Assembly: GCA_015059425.1 (NCBI GenBank) | Contig: SVAM01000005.1 | Location: 13,998 to 77,997, forward strand | Length of the DNA: 64,000 bases | Reading direction: 5' to 3' | Source: Bacillota bacterium | GTDB taxonomy: Bacteria; Bacillota_I; Bacilli_A; RF39; UBA660 | Shown here: in pieces, positions 1-9,870 of the stretch | Position numbering within the stretch: position 1 is the stretch's first letter | How the letters are laid out: every line of letters begins with the position of its first letter | Position numbers and translations under genes: made by a program | Notes under the pieces: model-generated | The model's input: only the letters and a program-made list of their open reading frames with translations | Databases searched by the model: none | What the model was told of the DNA's origin: nothing

Positions 1-226
1 TAAAGAGATGGATGAATTAACAAATATAGTAGAAGAAAAAATAGAAGAATGCATTAATAATATTTTAAATGGAAAATTTAGTATCAACCCTAAAGTTATA
101 AATGGTAAAAATATTTCTTGTGAATATTGTAAATTTAAAGATATATGTTTTAAAGAAAAGAAAAATGAAATAGTATTAGGAGGTGAATATAATGAAGTGG
201 ACGGAGGAACAACAGTTAGCAATTAA
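1..226 (+). CDS. addB: AddB (helicase-nuclease subunit B) C-terminal fragment, truncated at the window edge
   Basis: The ORF is open to the 5' edge of the window. Its tail carries the Cys cluster 'CEYCKFKDIC', typical of the AddB Fe-S nuclease domain. It immediately precedes and overlaps addA, as in addBA operons. Confidence 0.5.
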   Translation, partial: KEMDELTNIVEEKIEECINNILNGKFSINPKVINGKNISCEYCKFKDICFKEKKNEIVLGGEYNEVDGGTTVSN

Positions 227-3200
227 CCAAGAAGGTAGTAATATTATTGTTTCAGCAGGTGCAGGGTCGGGTAAAACAGCAGTATTATCAGAACGAGTAT
301 TAAGAAAAGTAAGTGTAGGCATTGATATAAGAAATATATTAATGTTAACATTTACAAATGAAGCTGCAGGTGAAATGAAAGAGCGAATTAGAAAGAAAAT
401 TAAAAAAGCAGGACTAACTGAACAATTAGAATATTTAGATTCTGCCTATATAACAACTTTCGATGCCTATGCTTTATCGATAGTAAAGAAATATCATTAT
501 CTTTTAAATATAAGTAATAGCATATCTATAATAGATTCTTCAATAATAGAGCTTGAAAAAGAAAAAATAATAGAAGAAATATTTTTAGAACTATATGAAA
601 AGAAAGATAATTGTTTTTTTAAACTAATTGGTGATTTTACTACTCGTGATGATAGTTCTATTAAAGAAGCAATATTAAATATTAGTAAGTCTTTAGATTT
701 AAAATATGATAAAGGTGAATATCTTAACAATTATTTACAAGGTTTTTATAATAATGAGCATATTGATAAATTAATAGAAGAATATTTTAACTATCTAAAA
801 ATTTTATGTGAAGAATTAGAAAACAATATATATGCCTTAGAAAGTATGGTTGATGAAAAATTATATTTAAAAGTATATGAGACATATAAAAACTTATTTA
901 GACCAAATAAATATGACGATTTATATAAAGTTAAAGAATTAGACAGAGTTCAATTTAGAAATATACCAGAAGAAGCGATAGAAATAAAAGAAAACATAAA
1001 AGAATTGTCAACAGAAATTATGGAACTTACTAAATATAGTGAAGAAGAGTTAAAAGAACAACTTTTTAGCACTAAAGATTATGTTGATGTTATTATTAGA
1101 ATTATTTTAGAACTTGACAAAAAGTTAAATCAATATAAATATGAGAATGAAAGCTATGAATTTATTGATATAGCTAAAATGGCAATAAAAATAGTAAAAG
1201 AAAATATTGATATTAAAGAAGAATTAAAAAATACTTACAATGAAATATTAATAGATGAATATCAAGATACAAATGATTTACAAGAAACATTCATATCCTT
1301 AATAGAAAATAATAATGTTTACATGGTAGGAGATATTAAACAATCAATATATAGGTTTAGAAACGCTAATCCTAAAATATTTAAAAATAAATATGATAAT
1401 TATAGTAAACACATTAATGGCGAAAAAATAGACTTACTTAAAAATTTCCGTTCCCGAAGCGAAGTATTAGATAATATTAATGAAATATTTAATTTAATAA
1501 TGAAAGAAGATTTTGGCGGAGTTAATTATCAAGATAATCATGCGATGGTTTATGGAAATTTAGCATACATAAATGAAGGTGCAAATAATTATAACAACAA
1601 TATGGATATTTTAAAATATGATGATACTGATAGTGAATACACCAAAGTAGAAATAGAAGCTTTTACTATTGCAAAAGATATTAAAGAAAAATTAAATAAT
1701 AATTACCAAGTATTTGATTTTGAATTAGGAAAAAATAGAGATATTAGATATGATGATTTTTGTATTATTTTAGATAGAGGCACTGATATGCCTAAATACA
1801 AAAAGATATTTGAGTATTTAAATATTCCAATGGAATTATATAAAGACAGTGATTTAGTTTTATCGTATGACTTATTAATTATAAAAAACATAATAAGTTT
1901 AATACTAGCTATAAATAAAAAAGAATATGATACTAAAATGAAGTATTATTTTACAAGTATAGCCCGTAGTTTTCTAAGTTCTTTAGATGATAATGAAATA
2001 TTCGATTTAATAAACAATAATGATTTTTATAACTCTGATATTTACAAAACATGTTTAGATATAGCAAATAATTTAGAATATAAGACTCCTAATATAATTT
2101 TAAATGAAATTATAGATAAATTTAATTTTTATGAAAAATTAATTGAAGTAGGAGATATTGAAGCAGGAATAATAAGAATAGATAATATGTTAGATATTGC
2201 CAGTAACTCTGAAAATCTTGGATTTACTTTAGAAGATTTTAAAAACTATTTAGATAAAATAATTGATAATAAATTAGAAATTAGATATAAAGAAAGTAAA
2301 GGTACTGGTAACTGTGTAAAAATAATGAATATTCATAAATCTAAAGGTTTAGAATTTCCGATATGTTATTTTGCTGGTTTTAAAAAAGATTTTAATTTAA
2401 GAGATCTACAAAGTAGATTTATGTTTGATAATTATTATGGAATATTAACACCTTATTTTAATGAAGGAATTGGGACATTGATAACAAAAACATTAATAAA
2501 AAATAAATATTATCAAGATGAAATATCTGAAAAAATAAGATTATTTTATGTAGCGCTGACTAGAGCAAAAGAAAAAATAATTATGGTAATACCAACATTT
2601 AAAAATGAGATGCAAGCTAAAAATATAGTGGATTCTAGTATATCTAGTAAGTATCGCTCATTTTATGACTTTATTAATTCTATATCAATAAACTTAAGTA
2701 AATATACTAAATTAGTAAATTTAAATGAATTAGGTTTAACAAAAGATTATGAAATTAGTATTAATAATGTAAATATTAATTATAATAGTAATGACATTAT
2801 AGAATTTAAAGAAATAAAAATTGATAGTAATAAAATAGAAAATAAGCATGCTTCTAAAACTATAAATAATATATTAAGTATAAAAGAGGCTAAAACATTA
2901 GAATTTGGTACATTTATGCACAATATGTTAGAGATGACTGATTTTATTAAATATAATGGTGATAATAAATATATAAACAATTTATTAAAAACCTTTGATT
3001 TTAAAAATGCGACTATTTATAAAGAGTTAGAATTTATTTTTGATTATGATGGTATTGAATATCATGGTATTATAGATTTAATGTTAGAATATCATGATGA
3101 AATAAAAATTATTGATTATAAATTAAAAAATATAGATGATGAAAATTATATTAAACAATTAAATGTATATAAAAATTATATATCTAGTGTAAGTAGTAAA

Positions 3201-3272
3201 AATGTAAGTTTATATTTATATTCTATTATAAATAATGAGATTAAAGAAGTAGAAGTATTACAAAGTAATTAA
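192..3272 (+). CDS. addA: ATP-dependent helicase/nuclease subunit A (UvrD-like helicase plus C-terminal nuclease)
   Basis: ATG at 192 lies behind the RBS 'aggagg'. Walker A motif 'AGAGSGKT' is present, and motif II 'IDEYQDT'. Motif VI reads 'YVALTRAKEK'. The C-terminus carries the nuclease signature 'IIDYKLKN'. At 1029 aa it is shorter than typical AddA. Confidence 0.8.
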   Translation: MKWTEEQQLAINQEGSNIIVSAGAGSGKTAVLSERVLRKVSVGIDIRNILMLTFTNEAAGEMKERIRKKIKKAGLTEQLEYLDSAYITTFDAYALSIVKKYHYLLNISNSISIIDSSIIELEKEKIIEEIFLELYEKKDNCFFKLIGDFTTRDDSSIKEAILNISKSLDLKYDKGEYLNNYLQGFYNNEHIDKLIEEYFNYLKILCEELENNIYALESMVDEKLYLKVYETYKNLFRPNKYDDLYKVKELDRVQFRNIPEEAIEIKENIKELSTEIMELTKYSEEELKEQLFSTKDYVDVIIRIILELDKKLNQYKYENESYEFIDIAKMAIKIVKENIDIKEELKNTYNEILIDEYQDTNDLQETFISLIENNNVYMVGDIKQSIYRFRNANPKIFKNKYDNYSKHINGEKIDLLKNFRSRSEVLDNINEIFNLIMKEDFGGVNYQDNHAMVYGNLAYINEGANNYNNNMDILKYDDTDSEYTKVEIEAFTIAKDIKEKLNNNYQVFDFELGKNRDIRYDDFCIILDRGTDMPKYKKIFEYLNIPMELYKDSDLVLSYDLLIIKNIISLILAINKKEYDTKMKYYFTSIARSFLSSLDDNEIFDLINNNDFYNSDIYKTCLDIANNLEYKTPNIILNEIIDKFNFYEKLIEVGDIEAGIIRIDNMLDIASNSENLGFTLEDFKNYLDKIIDNKLEIRYKESKGTGNCVKIMNIHKSKGLEFPICYFAGFKKDFNLRDLQSRFMFDNYYGILTPYFNEGIGTLITKTLIKNKYYQDEISEKIRLFYVALTRAKEKIIMVIPTFKNEMQAKNIVDSSISSKYRSFYDFINSISINLSKYTKLVNLNELGLTKDYEISINNVNINYNSNDIIEFKEIKIDSNKIENKHASKTINNILSIKEAKTLEFGTFMHNMLEMTDFIKYNGDNKYINNLLKTFDFKNATIYKELEFIFDYDGIEYHGIIDLMLEYHDEIKIIDYKLKNIDDENYIKQLNVYKNYISSVSSKNVSLYLYSIINNEIKEVEVLQSN

Positions 3273-3346
3273 TTGTAAAATATAGAATTAATTTATTGAG
3301 TTAAAAAGATAATTATGATAATATGATTATATAAGGAGGATATATT

Positions 3347-3898
3347 ATGACATGGATTATAGTTTTAATAGTAATTGTTGTATTAATAGCTATATGGGTA
3401 GCAAGTACTTATAATAGTTTAATTTCTTTAAGAAATAGAGTTAAAGATGCATGGAGTCAAATTGATGTACAATTAAAAAGAAGATTTGATTTAATTCCAA
3501 ATTTAGTAGAAACTGTTAAAGGTTATGCTAAACATGAGAGTGAAACATTAGAAGAAGTAATTAAAGCTCGTAACAGTTATGTAAGTGCAACATTACCAGA
3601 AGATCAAATGAAAGCAGATGGTGAACTTACTCAAGCAATAAGTAAGTTATTTGCATTAACAGAAGCTTATCCAGATTTAAAAGCAAATCAAAATTTTATG
3701 GATTTACAAAATGACTTACAAGAAACAGAAGACAAGATTGCAATGTCTAGACAATTTTATAATGATATTGTAATGCAATATAACAATAAAGTTGAGATGG
3801 TACCATCTAATATTGTAGCAAACATTTTCAAATTTAAAACTGAAGCTTTCTTTGAAGTTAATGAATCTGAAAGAGAAAATGTTAAAGTTAAATTTTAA
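3347..3898 (+). CDS. lemA: LemA family protein
   Basis: N-terminal TM segment followed by the conserved LemA block '[19 protein letters not shown]...AYPDLKAN'. Confidence 0.8.
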   Translation: MTWIIVLIVIVVLIAIWVASTYNSLISLRNRVKDAWSQIDVQLKRRFDLIPNLVETVKGYAKHESETLEEVIKARNSYVSATLPEDQMKADGELTQAISKLFALTEAYPDLKANQNFMDLQNDLQETEDKIAMSRQFYNDIVMQYNNKVEMVPSNIVANIFKFKTEAFFEVNESERENVKVKF

Positions 3899-3927
3899 GA
3901 CTTACCATTTGGTTAAGTCTTTTTTTA
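3897..3927 (+). terminator. Rho-independent terminator after lemA
   Basis: Hairpin 'gacttacc-attt-ggttaagtc' with one bulge, followed by T7. Confidence 0.55.
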
Positions 3928-3941
3928 AAGGTGGAATAAAT

Positions 3942-5861
3942 ATGAAAAAGATAATAATAAGTATAATAACATTTTTTATAGCGCCATTTTTGGTTAATGC
4001 AGCTGACTATGATTTAACTGATTTTTTAATAAAAGCAGAAATACTAAATAATGGTGATATGATAGTTAATGAATTAATTGTATTAGATGGTTCATTTAAT
4101 GGTTACGAAAGAGATATTTTATATGCCAATCAAATGTTGGAAAATGGTACAGATTTTTCAAATAATACTATATACAATGCTAGTGATATTACAAATATAA
4201 CTATAAAAGGGAAATATGTAAATAAAGTTAATTTTGATACGTTTGATGATTTAGACTATATTTTATTTAATTGTGAAGAAATGATTAGTAATGGAGAAAA
4301 AGCTAAATATAAAGAAACTATCTTAAATTATGGATATAGATATCGAATGTATTATTATTCAAATAATAAAAAAGTAGCATTTAATATTAAATATACAGTA
4401 AAAAATGCTGTAGTTTTACATAACGATGTCGCAGAACTATATTGGACTTTTGTACCAAACGGTTTTGAAGATACAATAAAAAATGTTCAAATAAAAGTAT
4501 ATTTACCAAATGTTGACAATTCGGATAATTTTAGAATCTGGGCTCACGGGAATCTAAATGGAGAAATAAATTATATAAATAAAGAAGGAATGTATGCAAA
4601 CATTAAAAATATTAAATATGAAGATTCAGTAGACATTAGAACTTCGTTTAATAAAGATTTAATAACGGATAAAACAAGTATTAAAAGAACTAATGTTAAT
4701 GCTTTGGAAAGAATTATTGAAATAGAAACTGAAAGGGCAGAAGCTGCAAATAATTTACGTAAAGAATTACTTATTAAATATAATTTAGTAAAGTATTTAA
4801 CAATTGTATTTTATAGTTTAGTTATTACATTAGGATTATTGATTTATTTTAAATATGGTAAAAGTCCAAAATCAAATTATTATTCAAAATATAATAGAGA
4901 GTTTATAGATGATTATAATGTTGAAGTTATAGATTATTTAATGAATAAAAAAATTACTCCTAATGCAATGAGCGCATCTATATTAAATTTAGTTTATAAA
5001 AAAAATATTAGTGTAAAAGAAACAACTTCAGTAGAAAAAGTAAAAAATAAAGAATGTAAATTTACGTTAGAGAACACAGATAATTTAAATGAAAGCGAAA
5101 CTATTTTAATTGAATTTTTATTTGATAAAGTAGGAAAGAAAAAATTAAATGAAGAAAGCAAAAAAGAGTTTACTACTATAGATTTAAAAAAATATGCTAA
5201 AGGAACTAAAACATGCGATAAATTTATTTCAAGTTATAATACTTGGAAAGATAATGTTATTTCTATTGGTAAACAACAAAAATTTTATGAAAGTTCTGGT
5301 ATCCCATCACTAATAGGAGTATTAATAGTTCTTTTTGGATTTTTTATAACAGCTCTAACAATGACATATGAAGTGGATTTTATTCCATCATACTTAGTGT
5401 TGTTTGTAGCATTCCCTTTTTTATACTATTCAATAAAAGTTACTAAAAGAACATTGAAAGGTGCTGAACATTATGATAAATGGAAGGCTTTCAAAAACTT
5501 TTTAGATGATTTTGGCTCTTTTGAGCTTAAAGAATTACCAGAAATCATACTTTGGGAAAGATATTTAGTATATGCAACAATCTTTGGTTTAGCAGATAAA
5601 GTAGAAAAAGTTATGAATGTAAAAATAAAAGAAATTAATGTAGAAAATTTAAATTATGAATATTATCCATCATATTTTTATATTGATTTAGGAAGTACAA
5701 TAAATAGTAGTATTTCAAGTGCTATTAATAATGCTTATAGTACTCAAGCCGCTAATTATGCTAATAGTCACTCTAGTTCGTCATCAGGCTCTGGTTTTGG
5801 TGGAGGATTTTCTTCAGGCGGAGGCTTCGGCGGAGGCGGAGGCGGAGGAAGAGGCTTCTAA
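3942..5861 (+). CDS. DUF2207-type membrane protein with a Gly-rich C-terminal tail
   Basis: True start is probably the ATG at 3942, after the RBS 'aaaggtgg' (the track start at 3852 overlaps the lemA terminator). Signal peptide 'MKKIIISIITFFIAPFLVNA'. Two TM stretches in the middle of the protein. The C-terminal tail reads 'SSSSSGSGFGGGFSSGGGFGGGGGGGRGF'. LemA plus DUF2207 is a known conserved gene pair. Confidence 0.6.
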   Translation: MKKIIISIITFFIAPFLVNAADYDLTDFLIKAEILNNGDMIVNELIVLDGSFNGYERDILYANQMLENGTDFSNNTIYNASDITNITIKGKYVNKVNFDTFDDLDYILFNCEEMISNGEKAKYKETILNYGYRYRMYYYSNNKKVAFNIKYTVKNAVVLHNDVAELYWTFVPNGFEDTIKNVQIKVYLPNVDNSDNFRIWAHGNLNGEINYINKEGMYANIKNIKYEDSVDIRTSFNKDLITDKTSIKRTNVNALERIIEIETERAEAANNLRKELLIKYNLVKYLTIVFYSLVITLGLLIYFKYGKSPKSNYYSKYNREFIDDYNVEVIDYLMNKKITPNAMSASILNLVYKKNISVKETTSVEKVKNKECKFTLENTDNLNESETILIEFLFDKVGKKKLNEESKKEFTTIDLKKYAKGTKTCDKFISSYNTWKDNVISIGKQQKFYESSGIPSLIGVLIVLFGFFITALTMTYEVDFIPSYLVLFVAFPFLYYSIKVTKRTLKGAEHYDKWKAFKNFLDDFGSFELKELPEIILWERYLVYATIFGLADKVEKVMNVKIKEINVENLNYEYYPSYFYIDLGSTINSSISSAINNAYSTQAANYANSHSSSSSGSGFGGGFSSGGGFGGGGGGGRGF

Positions 5862-5870
5862 AATGATTAT

Positions 5871-5898
5871 AAAATAAAGGAACGTAAGGTTCCTTTTT
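5871..5898. terminator. Bidirectional terminator between convergent genes
   Basis: Stem 'aaggaac'/'gttcctt' with loop 'gtaag', flanked by an A-run and a T-run. Confidence 0.5.
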
Positions 5899-5934
5899 AA
5901 GTATAAAAAAAGACATTTATAAAAATATCTATAT

Positions 5935-6864
5935 TTAACTTTTAAACTCTGTATAAATAGAAGAATCAAATAGATGTTCAGTGCTAGTGATGTTATTATC
6001 AGCAGTTTTTAATTCTTCAGTATTTATTAAAAAGTATTTATGGTATAAATAATTTTCATTATCATTACTTACAGGATCGTCCCAAGTTAAATCTAAATGT
6101 AACCACTCATTATTTATATTAACAGCATTCCAAACATGACCTGATGTTTTAGTTGTTGTAGCTATTTTAAAGTTTTGATAGCCCATTTCACTTAAAAATA
6201 TTGCCATTAAATCAGTATAACCATTACAAGTAGCTATATTATTAAATAAAGCACCATATGCATTATAACTTTTAATTGATTTATCATTATTAATATCATA
6301 CTTAGTATTATTAATAATGTAGTCATGAATAACTTTAATTTTATCATAATCATCTTTAACATCACTAGTAATATTCATATTAATAATTTTAGTAACTTCA
6401 GCTTTTATTCTAACAATTTCTTCTTCCGAATAAATAGGTGTAATTTCAATATTAATTTCACCAGTATCAGAAATATTAGTTTTAAGACTAGAAAAGGAAT
6501 TAAAAGGATGAACAAAATTATTTAAATGGGTAAGAATATTTTCATCTTTGCTTAAGTATTGTACATCCATAATACAATTAATATATTCTTTGGGACAATA
6601 AAATGTAAAATTATTAACTTTATTATTAAGTACTGTATAAAATATATTTAACAAATCCTGTTTTCCATATGGTGTAAAATTACTAGTGTTTTTAACAAAA
6701 ATAAAATCCGGATTAGTATATTCATCTTTTATATTAAGAGATGTTTTATTTGAATAATTTAAAAAAGATACAATTATATTCGCTAAATAATCAGAACTTA
6801 AAATAAATAAAAAGATTATTAAAGTACATAATATTGAAACAAATATATTTTTCATATACTTCAC
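5935..6864 (-). CDS. Secreted transglutaminase-like cysteine protease domain protein
   Basis: N-terminal signal/TM segment. Transglutaminase core residues 'ATCNGYTDLM' (Cys), 'SGHVWNAV' (His) and a downstream Asp. Confidence 0.6.
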   Translation of the reverse strand: MKYMKNIFVSILCTLIIFLFILSSDYLANIIVSFLNYSNKTSLNIKDEYTNPDFIFVKNTSNFTPYGKQDLLNIFYTVLNNKVNNFTFYCPKEYINCIMDVQYLSKDENILTHLNNFVHPFNSFSSLKTNISDTGEINIEITPIYSEEEIVRIKAEVTKIINMNITSDVKDDYDKIKVIHDYIINNTKYDINNDKSIKSYNAYGALFNNIATCNGYTDLMAIFLSEMGYQNFKIATTTKTSGHVWNAVNINNEWLHLDLTWDDPVSNDNENYLYHKYFLINTEELKTADNNITSTEHLFDSSIYTEFKS

Positions 6865-6908
6865 CTAATTATAAGTATAGCAAAAAAAAAAGAAGTTCAC
6901 AATAAATG

Positions 6909-7181
6909 TTACTTCATATTTTTAACTTTATTTGATAATCTTGCTTTTTGTCTATCAGATGTATTTGATTTAATTAAACCTTTGCTTACAGCTTGATCTA
7001 AATATTTTTGAACATCTTTAAACATAGCATTAGCTTTTTCTTTATCATTAGCAGCAATAGCTTTTTCTGTATCTTTAATTAAATTTTTAACTCTAGCTTT
7101 TAATTCATGATTATTTTCAGTTTTCTTAGCTATTACTTTAATTGCTTTTTTAGACGATTTAATATTTGCCAATGGGAACAC
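6909..7181 (-). CDS. rpsT: 30S ribosomal protein S20
   Basis: 'ANIKSSKKAIK...' matches the S20 N-terminus. Small, basic, helical. The true start may be the TTG encoding 'L' just before 'ANIKS'. Confidence 0.85.
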   Translation of the reverse strand: MFPLANIKSSKKAIKVIAKKTENNHELKARVKNLIKDTEKAIAANDKEKANAMFKDVQKYLDQAVSKGLIKSNTSDRQKARLSNKVKNMK

Positions 7182-7301
7182 TCCTTCCTGATATCAGTAT
7201 TCATTCTATCAAATAATTATTTTTTTTTCAAGTATTTTGGGTATATAATTGCTAATTTCTCAATATGTGTTATAATATTCTATAAATTTTTATTAAGTTA
7301 G

Positions 7302-7505
7302 GTGATAAATATGCCTTATTTTATAGATTTAAATATTAAAAATTATTTTTCTTCTCAAGAAGATTATAATGATTTTATTGAATGGTATAATCTATTGCTA
7401 GAAGATTACATTTATAAATACAATTATTTAGGAATAAAAAAAGAAAATTGGATAAAATTATTTAAAAATAAAATTCTACATGAAATAGATCAAAAAAAAC
7501 ATTAA
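7302..7505 (+). CDS. Small hypothetical protein (67 aa)
   Basis: ORF only; a sigma-A-like promoter (TTGCTA ... TTATAAT) lies just upstream. Confidence 0.3.
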   Translation: MINMPYFIDLNIKNYFSSQEDYNDFIEWYNLLLEDYIYKYNYLGIKKENWIKLFKNKILHEIDQKKH

Positions 7506-7597
7506 TAGAAAGAGAATTAGTTTTAAGTATAAAAAAATCTATTAAAAATTATATATATTATGATATAAAAAATAATAGTACTAAAGTAATAAATAAT

Positions 7598-9025
7598 ATG
7601 TTTAAAAAATATTTATTAGAAACTAATAATAGTAGAAAAACTTTAAAAATCTGTTTTCAAGAATTAATTGATTTAGGATTTAAATATAAAGATATTATAA
7701 ACAAAGGTTATTATGAAGTATTAAAAGAAAATGCTCCAGTTTTTAAAAAAGTTATTGAAATATTGAAAATTCAAGATTTAATTTCAAATGAATTCATATA
7801 TTTTATTGAAGGAAAATATGATTTTATTTATAATTTAAAACCATATAATAAAACTTTAAAATGGACTATAAATAAAGTAGAAGAAGTATTAGTGTTTATT
7901 AATTATAATAAGTTATTTTTTAAATCCTTAGAATGTTCCAGTAATAGAGAAGTATCTAAAATGAAATACATTTTAAATAATTATGAAAATATTATTGATT
8001 TAAAAAAGTTATATTGTAAAATATATGGAAAAACAAATGAGAATATATTAAATAAGATAATATATAATTTTACACTTGAACATTTAAGAAGTATTATTGA
8101 ATCCTATAAATACTATCTAATGAACTTAGAAGATACAAAATTTTTAATGGATATTGCAGTTTTAATACCATTAACAAGTGAAATATGTGAAAATAAAATT
8201 AAAATTGAGACACCAGTTGTAAAAAAAGCTAATGAAGTAAAAAAGGAATATACAAGAAGAAAAAGCTATTACACTATATATGATTATTTTAATCGTGAAG
8301 GAATGAGTTTAGAGGAAAAAAAAGAAATTGTTGATAAATTAATTAAAGATTTACCTGAGTATCAACAAAAATTATTAGAAGATTTTATAGGAAATAATTT
8401 GAACAATCAAGATAATATAGCAAAAGCACGAAATGTAATATATAAATTAAAAAAGCATTTTGCTAAAACATTTGAAAATTCAAAAACTAAAAAGAAAAAA
8501 TATACAGAATTAAACGAATTTTTTCAAAAAGAATATCAAGTTGATAATATGCAAGAAATAATCAATTTATTATTTTATAATTTGCCAGTTGATCAGCAAG
8601 AGTGTATTAATGATTATTTAAAAGGAAAAAGTAAAGTAGATAGTTTTGAATATAGAAGAAGTTGTAATCTTATTAATAAACTAAGAATCCATTACCGAAG
8701 TTATGTTAATAATTTAGTTAACCATTATGATAAACTAAATAATGAAGAGTTATTAAAAGAATTATTAGATAAATTAAATTTAAAAACAATGAATTTTATA
8801 GATATAAATTATAAAAAAATACCTTTTTATATTGCTAAATTAAAATTAATTGAAATAAAGTTTAGAGAAAATCATTTTGGCAAAAAAGAATATGAAGAAT
8901 TTTTAACAAATACAATATCTGAAATAGTAGATAATTATAATAATATAGAAGAATTAATTGATGAATATATAATCTTATCTACTAATTATTTAAACGAAAA
9001 GAAAGAAGAACTACTTTGTTTATAG
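7598..9025 (+). CDS. Hypothetical protein (475 aa, helical, Lys/Glu-rich)
   Basis: Long open frame with coding-like composition. No recognisable motif. Sits between rpsT and gpr. Confidence 0.5.
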   Translation: MFKKYLLETNNSRKTLKICFQELIDLGFKYKDIINKGYYEVLKENAPVFKKVIEILKIQDLISNEFIYFIEGKYDFIYNLKPYNKTLKWTINKVEEVLVFINYNKLFFKSLECSSNREVSKMKYILNNYENIIDLKKLYCKIYGKTNENILNKIIYNFTLEHLRSIIESYKYYLMNLEDTKFLMDIAVLIPLTSEICENKIKIETPVVKKANEVKKEYTRRKSYYTIYDYFNREGMSLEEKKEIVDKLIKDLPEYQQKLLEDFIGNNLNNQDNIAKARNVIYKLKKHFAKTFENSKTKKKKYTELNEFFQKEYQVDNMQEIINLLFYNLPVDQQECINDYLKGKSKVDSFEYRRSCNLINKLRIHYRSYVNNLVNHYDKLNNEELLKELLDKLNLKTMNFIDINYKKIPFYIAKLKLIEIKFRENHFGKKEYEEFLTNTISEIVDNYNNIEELIDEYIILSTNYLNEKKEELLCL

Positions 9026-9067
9026 TATATCTTCTTTTTATTTTTACATAATATTAATGGTGTTATT

Positions 9068-9796
9068 ATGAAAAAAGTATTAATGGATAGTGCAAAAATT
9101 ATTAAAGATAATAAATATAAAATAGATGAAAAAAATATAAATGGAATTAATATAGTTCATTTTAAAGTTGACAAAGATAATGAAAAGAAATTAAAAAAAA
9201 TTAAAGGAGATTATTATTGTATCAATTTTGATTATCTTAATCTACATACTAAAGACAGAATAATAAAAAAGGAACTTTTAAAAATTTTAAAAGTATTTTT
9301 TAAAAATGATAAACCAACTAAACCGTTAATAATAGGGTTAGGAAATTCTAGTATTATATGTGATAGTTTAGGAATTAATTCAACCAATAAAATAATGGCT
9401 ACCAATCATTTTACGGATTTTTTAAATTTACCAAAAGTAGCATTATTTAATCCAGAAGTTACAGAAAAAACAGGAATAAGTTCATTTAGTTTAATTGAAA
9501 TGGTAGTAAAAAAATTAAAACCAACTGTAATTATAATGATAGATTCACTTGCTACTAATAATGAAATATATTTAAACAATTGTATAGAAATAAATAACAC
9601 GGGTATTATTCCAGGAAGTGCAATAAAAGATAATAAAAAAATTGATAGTAATACATTTGGAATACCTTTAATAAGTATTGGGGTGCCATTAGTACTTGAA
9701 AAGAATAAATATTTATATACTTCTCCAAATGTAGGAGAAATAGTACATTTAACTAGTAAAATTATATCAGATGCTTTAAATGATTTATTTTTCTAA
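9068..9796 (+). CDS. gpr: Germination protease (peptidase A25), short form
   Basis: Core 'LIIGLGNSSIICDSLG' matches 'VGLGNxxVTPDALGP'. 'MIDSLAT...NTGIIPGSA...FGIPLISIGVPLV' matches the GPR 'AIDALAAR...SGIHPGSGVGN...LGIPVIAIGIPTV' blocks. The rpsT-gpr-spoIIP order is as in Bacillus. About 100 aa shorter than B. subtilis GPR. Confidence 0.7.
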   Translation: MKKVLMDSAKIIKDNKYKIDEKNINGINIVHFKVDKDNEKKLKKIKGDYYCINFDYLNLHTKDRIIKKELLKILKVFFKNDKPTKPLIIGLGNSSIICDSLGINSTNKIMATNHFTDFLNLPKVALFNPEVTEKTGISSFSLIEMVVKKLKPTVIIMIDSLATNNEIYLNNCIEINNTGIIPGSAIKDNKKIDSNTFGIPLISIGVPLVLEKNKYLYTSPNVGEIVHLTSKIISDALNDLFF

Positions 9797-9870
9797 ATAA
9801 ATATTAAGCATCTTTTTTTCGACATATATTTAGTAATTCATTTTATATAATGTAATAGGTGATTACTATC

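Noticed and set aside
497-2980. Minus-strand ORFs inside addA (497..730, 1703..1891, 2780..2980)
   Set aside because: They are antisense to a well-supported long gene. Their sequences are Ile/Leu/Phe/Ser-rich, the low-complexity artefact expected from reading an AT-rich gene backwards.
3852-3941. Upstream extension of the DUF2207 gene (track start 3852)
   Set aside because: The extension overlaps the lemA stop and terminator hairpin and lacks an RBS. ATG 3942 has the RBS 'aaaggtgg' and begins a textbook signal peptide.
5760-5861. GC-rich repetitive ggc/gga stretch as a possible CRISPR array or other repeat element
   Set aside because: It is in frame within a long ORF and encodes a Gly-rich tail. 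There are no spacer-repeat periodicities. I saw no CRISPR-like arrays anywhere in the window.
9068-9796. Alternative identity as YyaC (the other peptidase A25 member) instead of GPR
   Set aside because: Order-preserving matches to several GPR blocks and the conserved rpsT-gpr-spoIIP neighbourhood favour GPR. The short length leaves some doubt.
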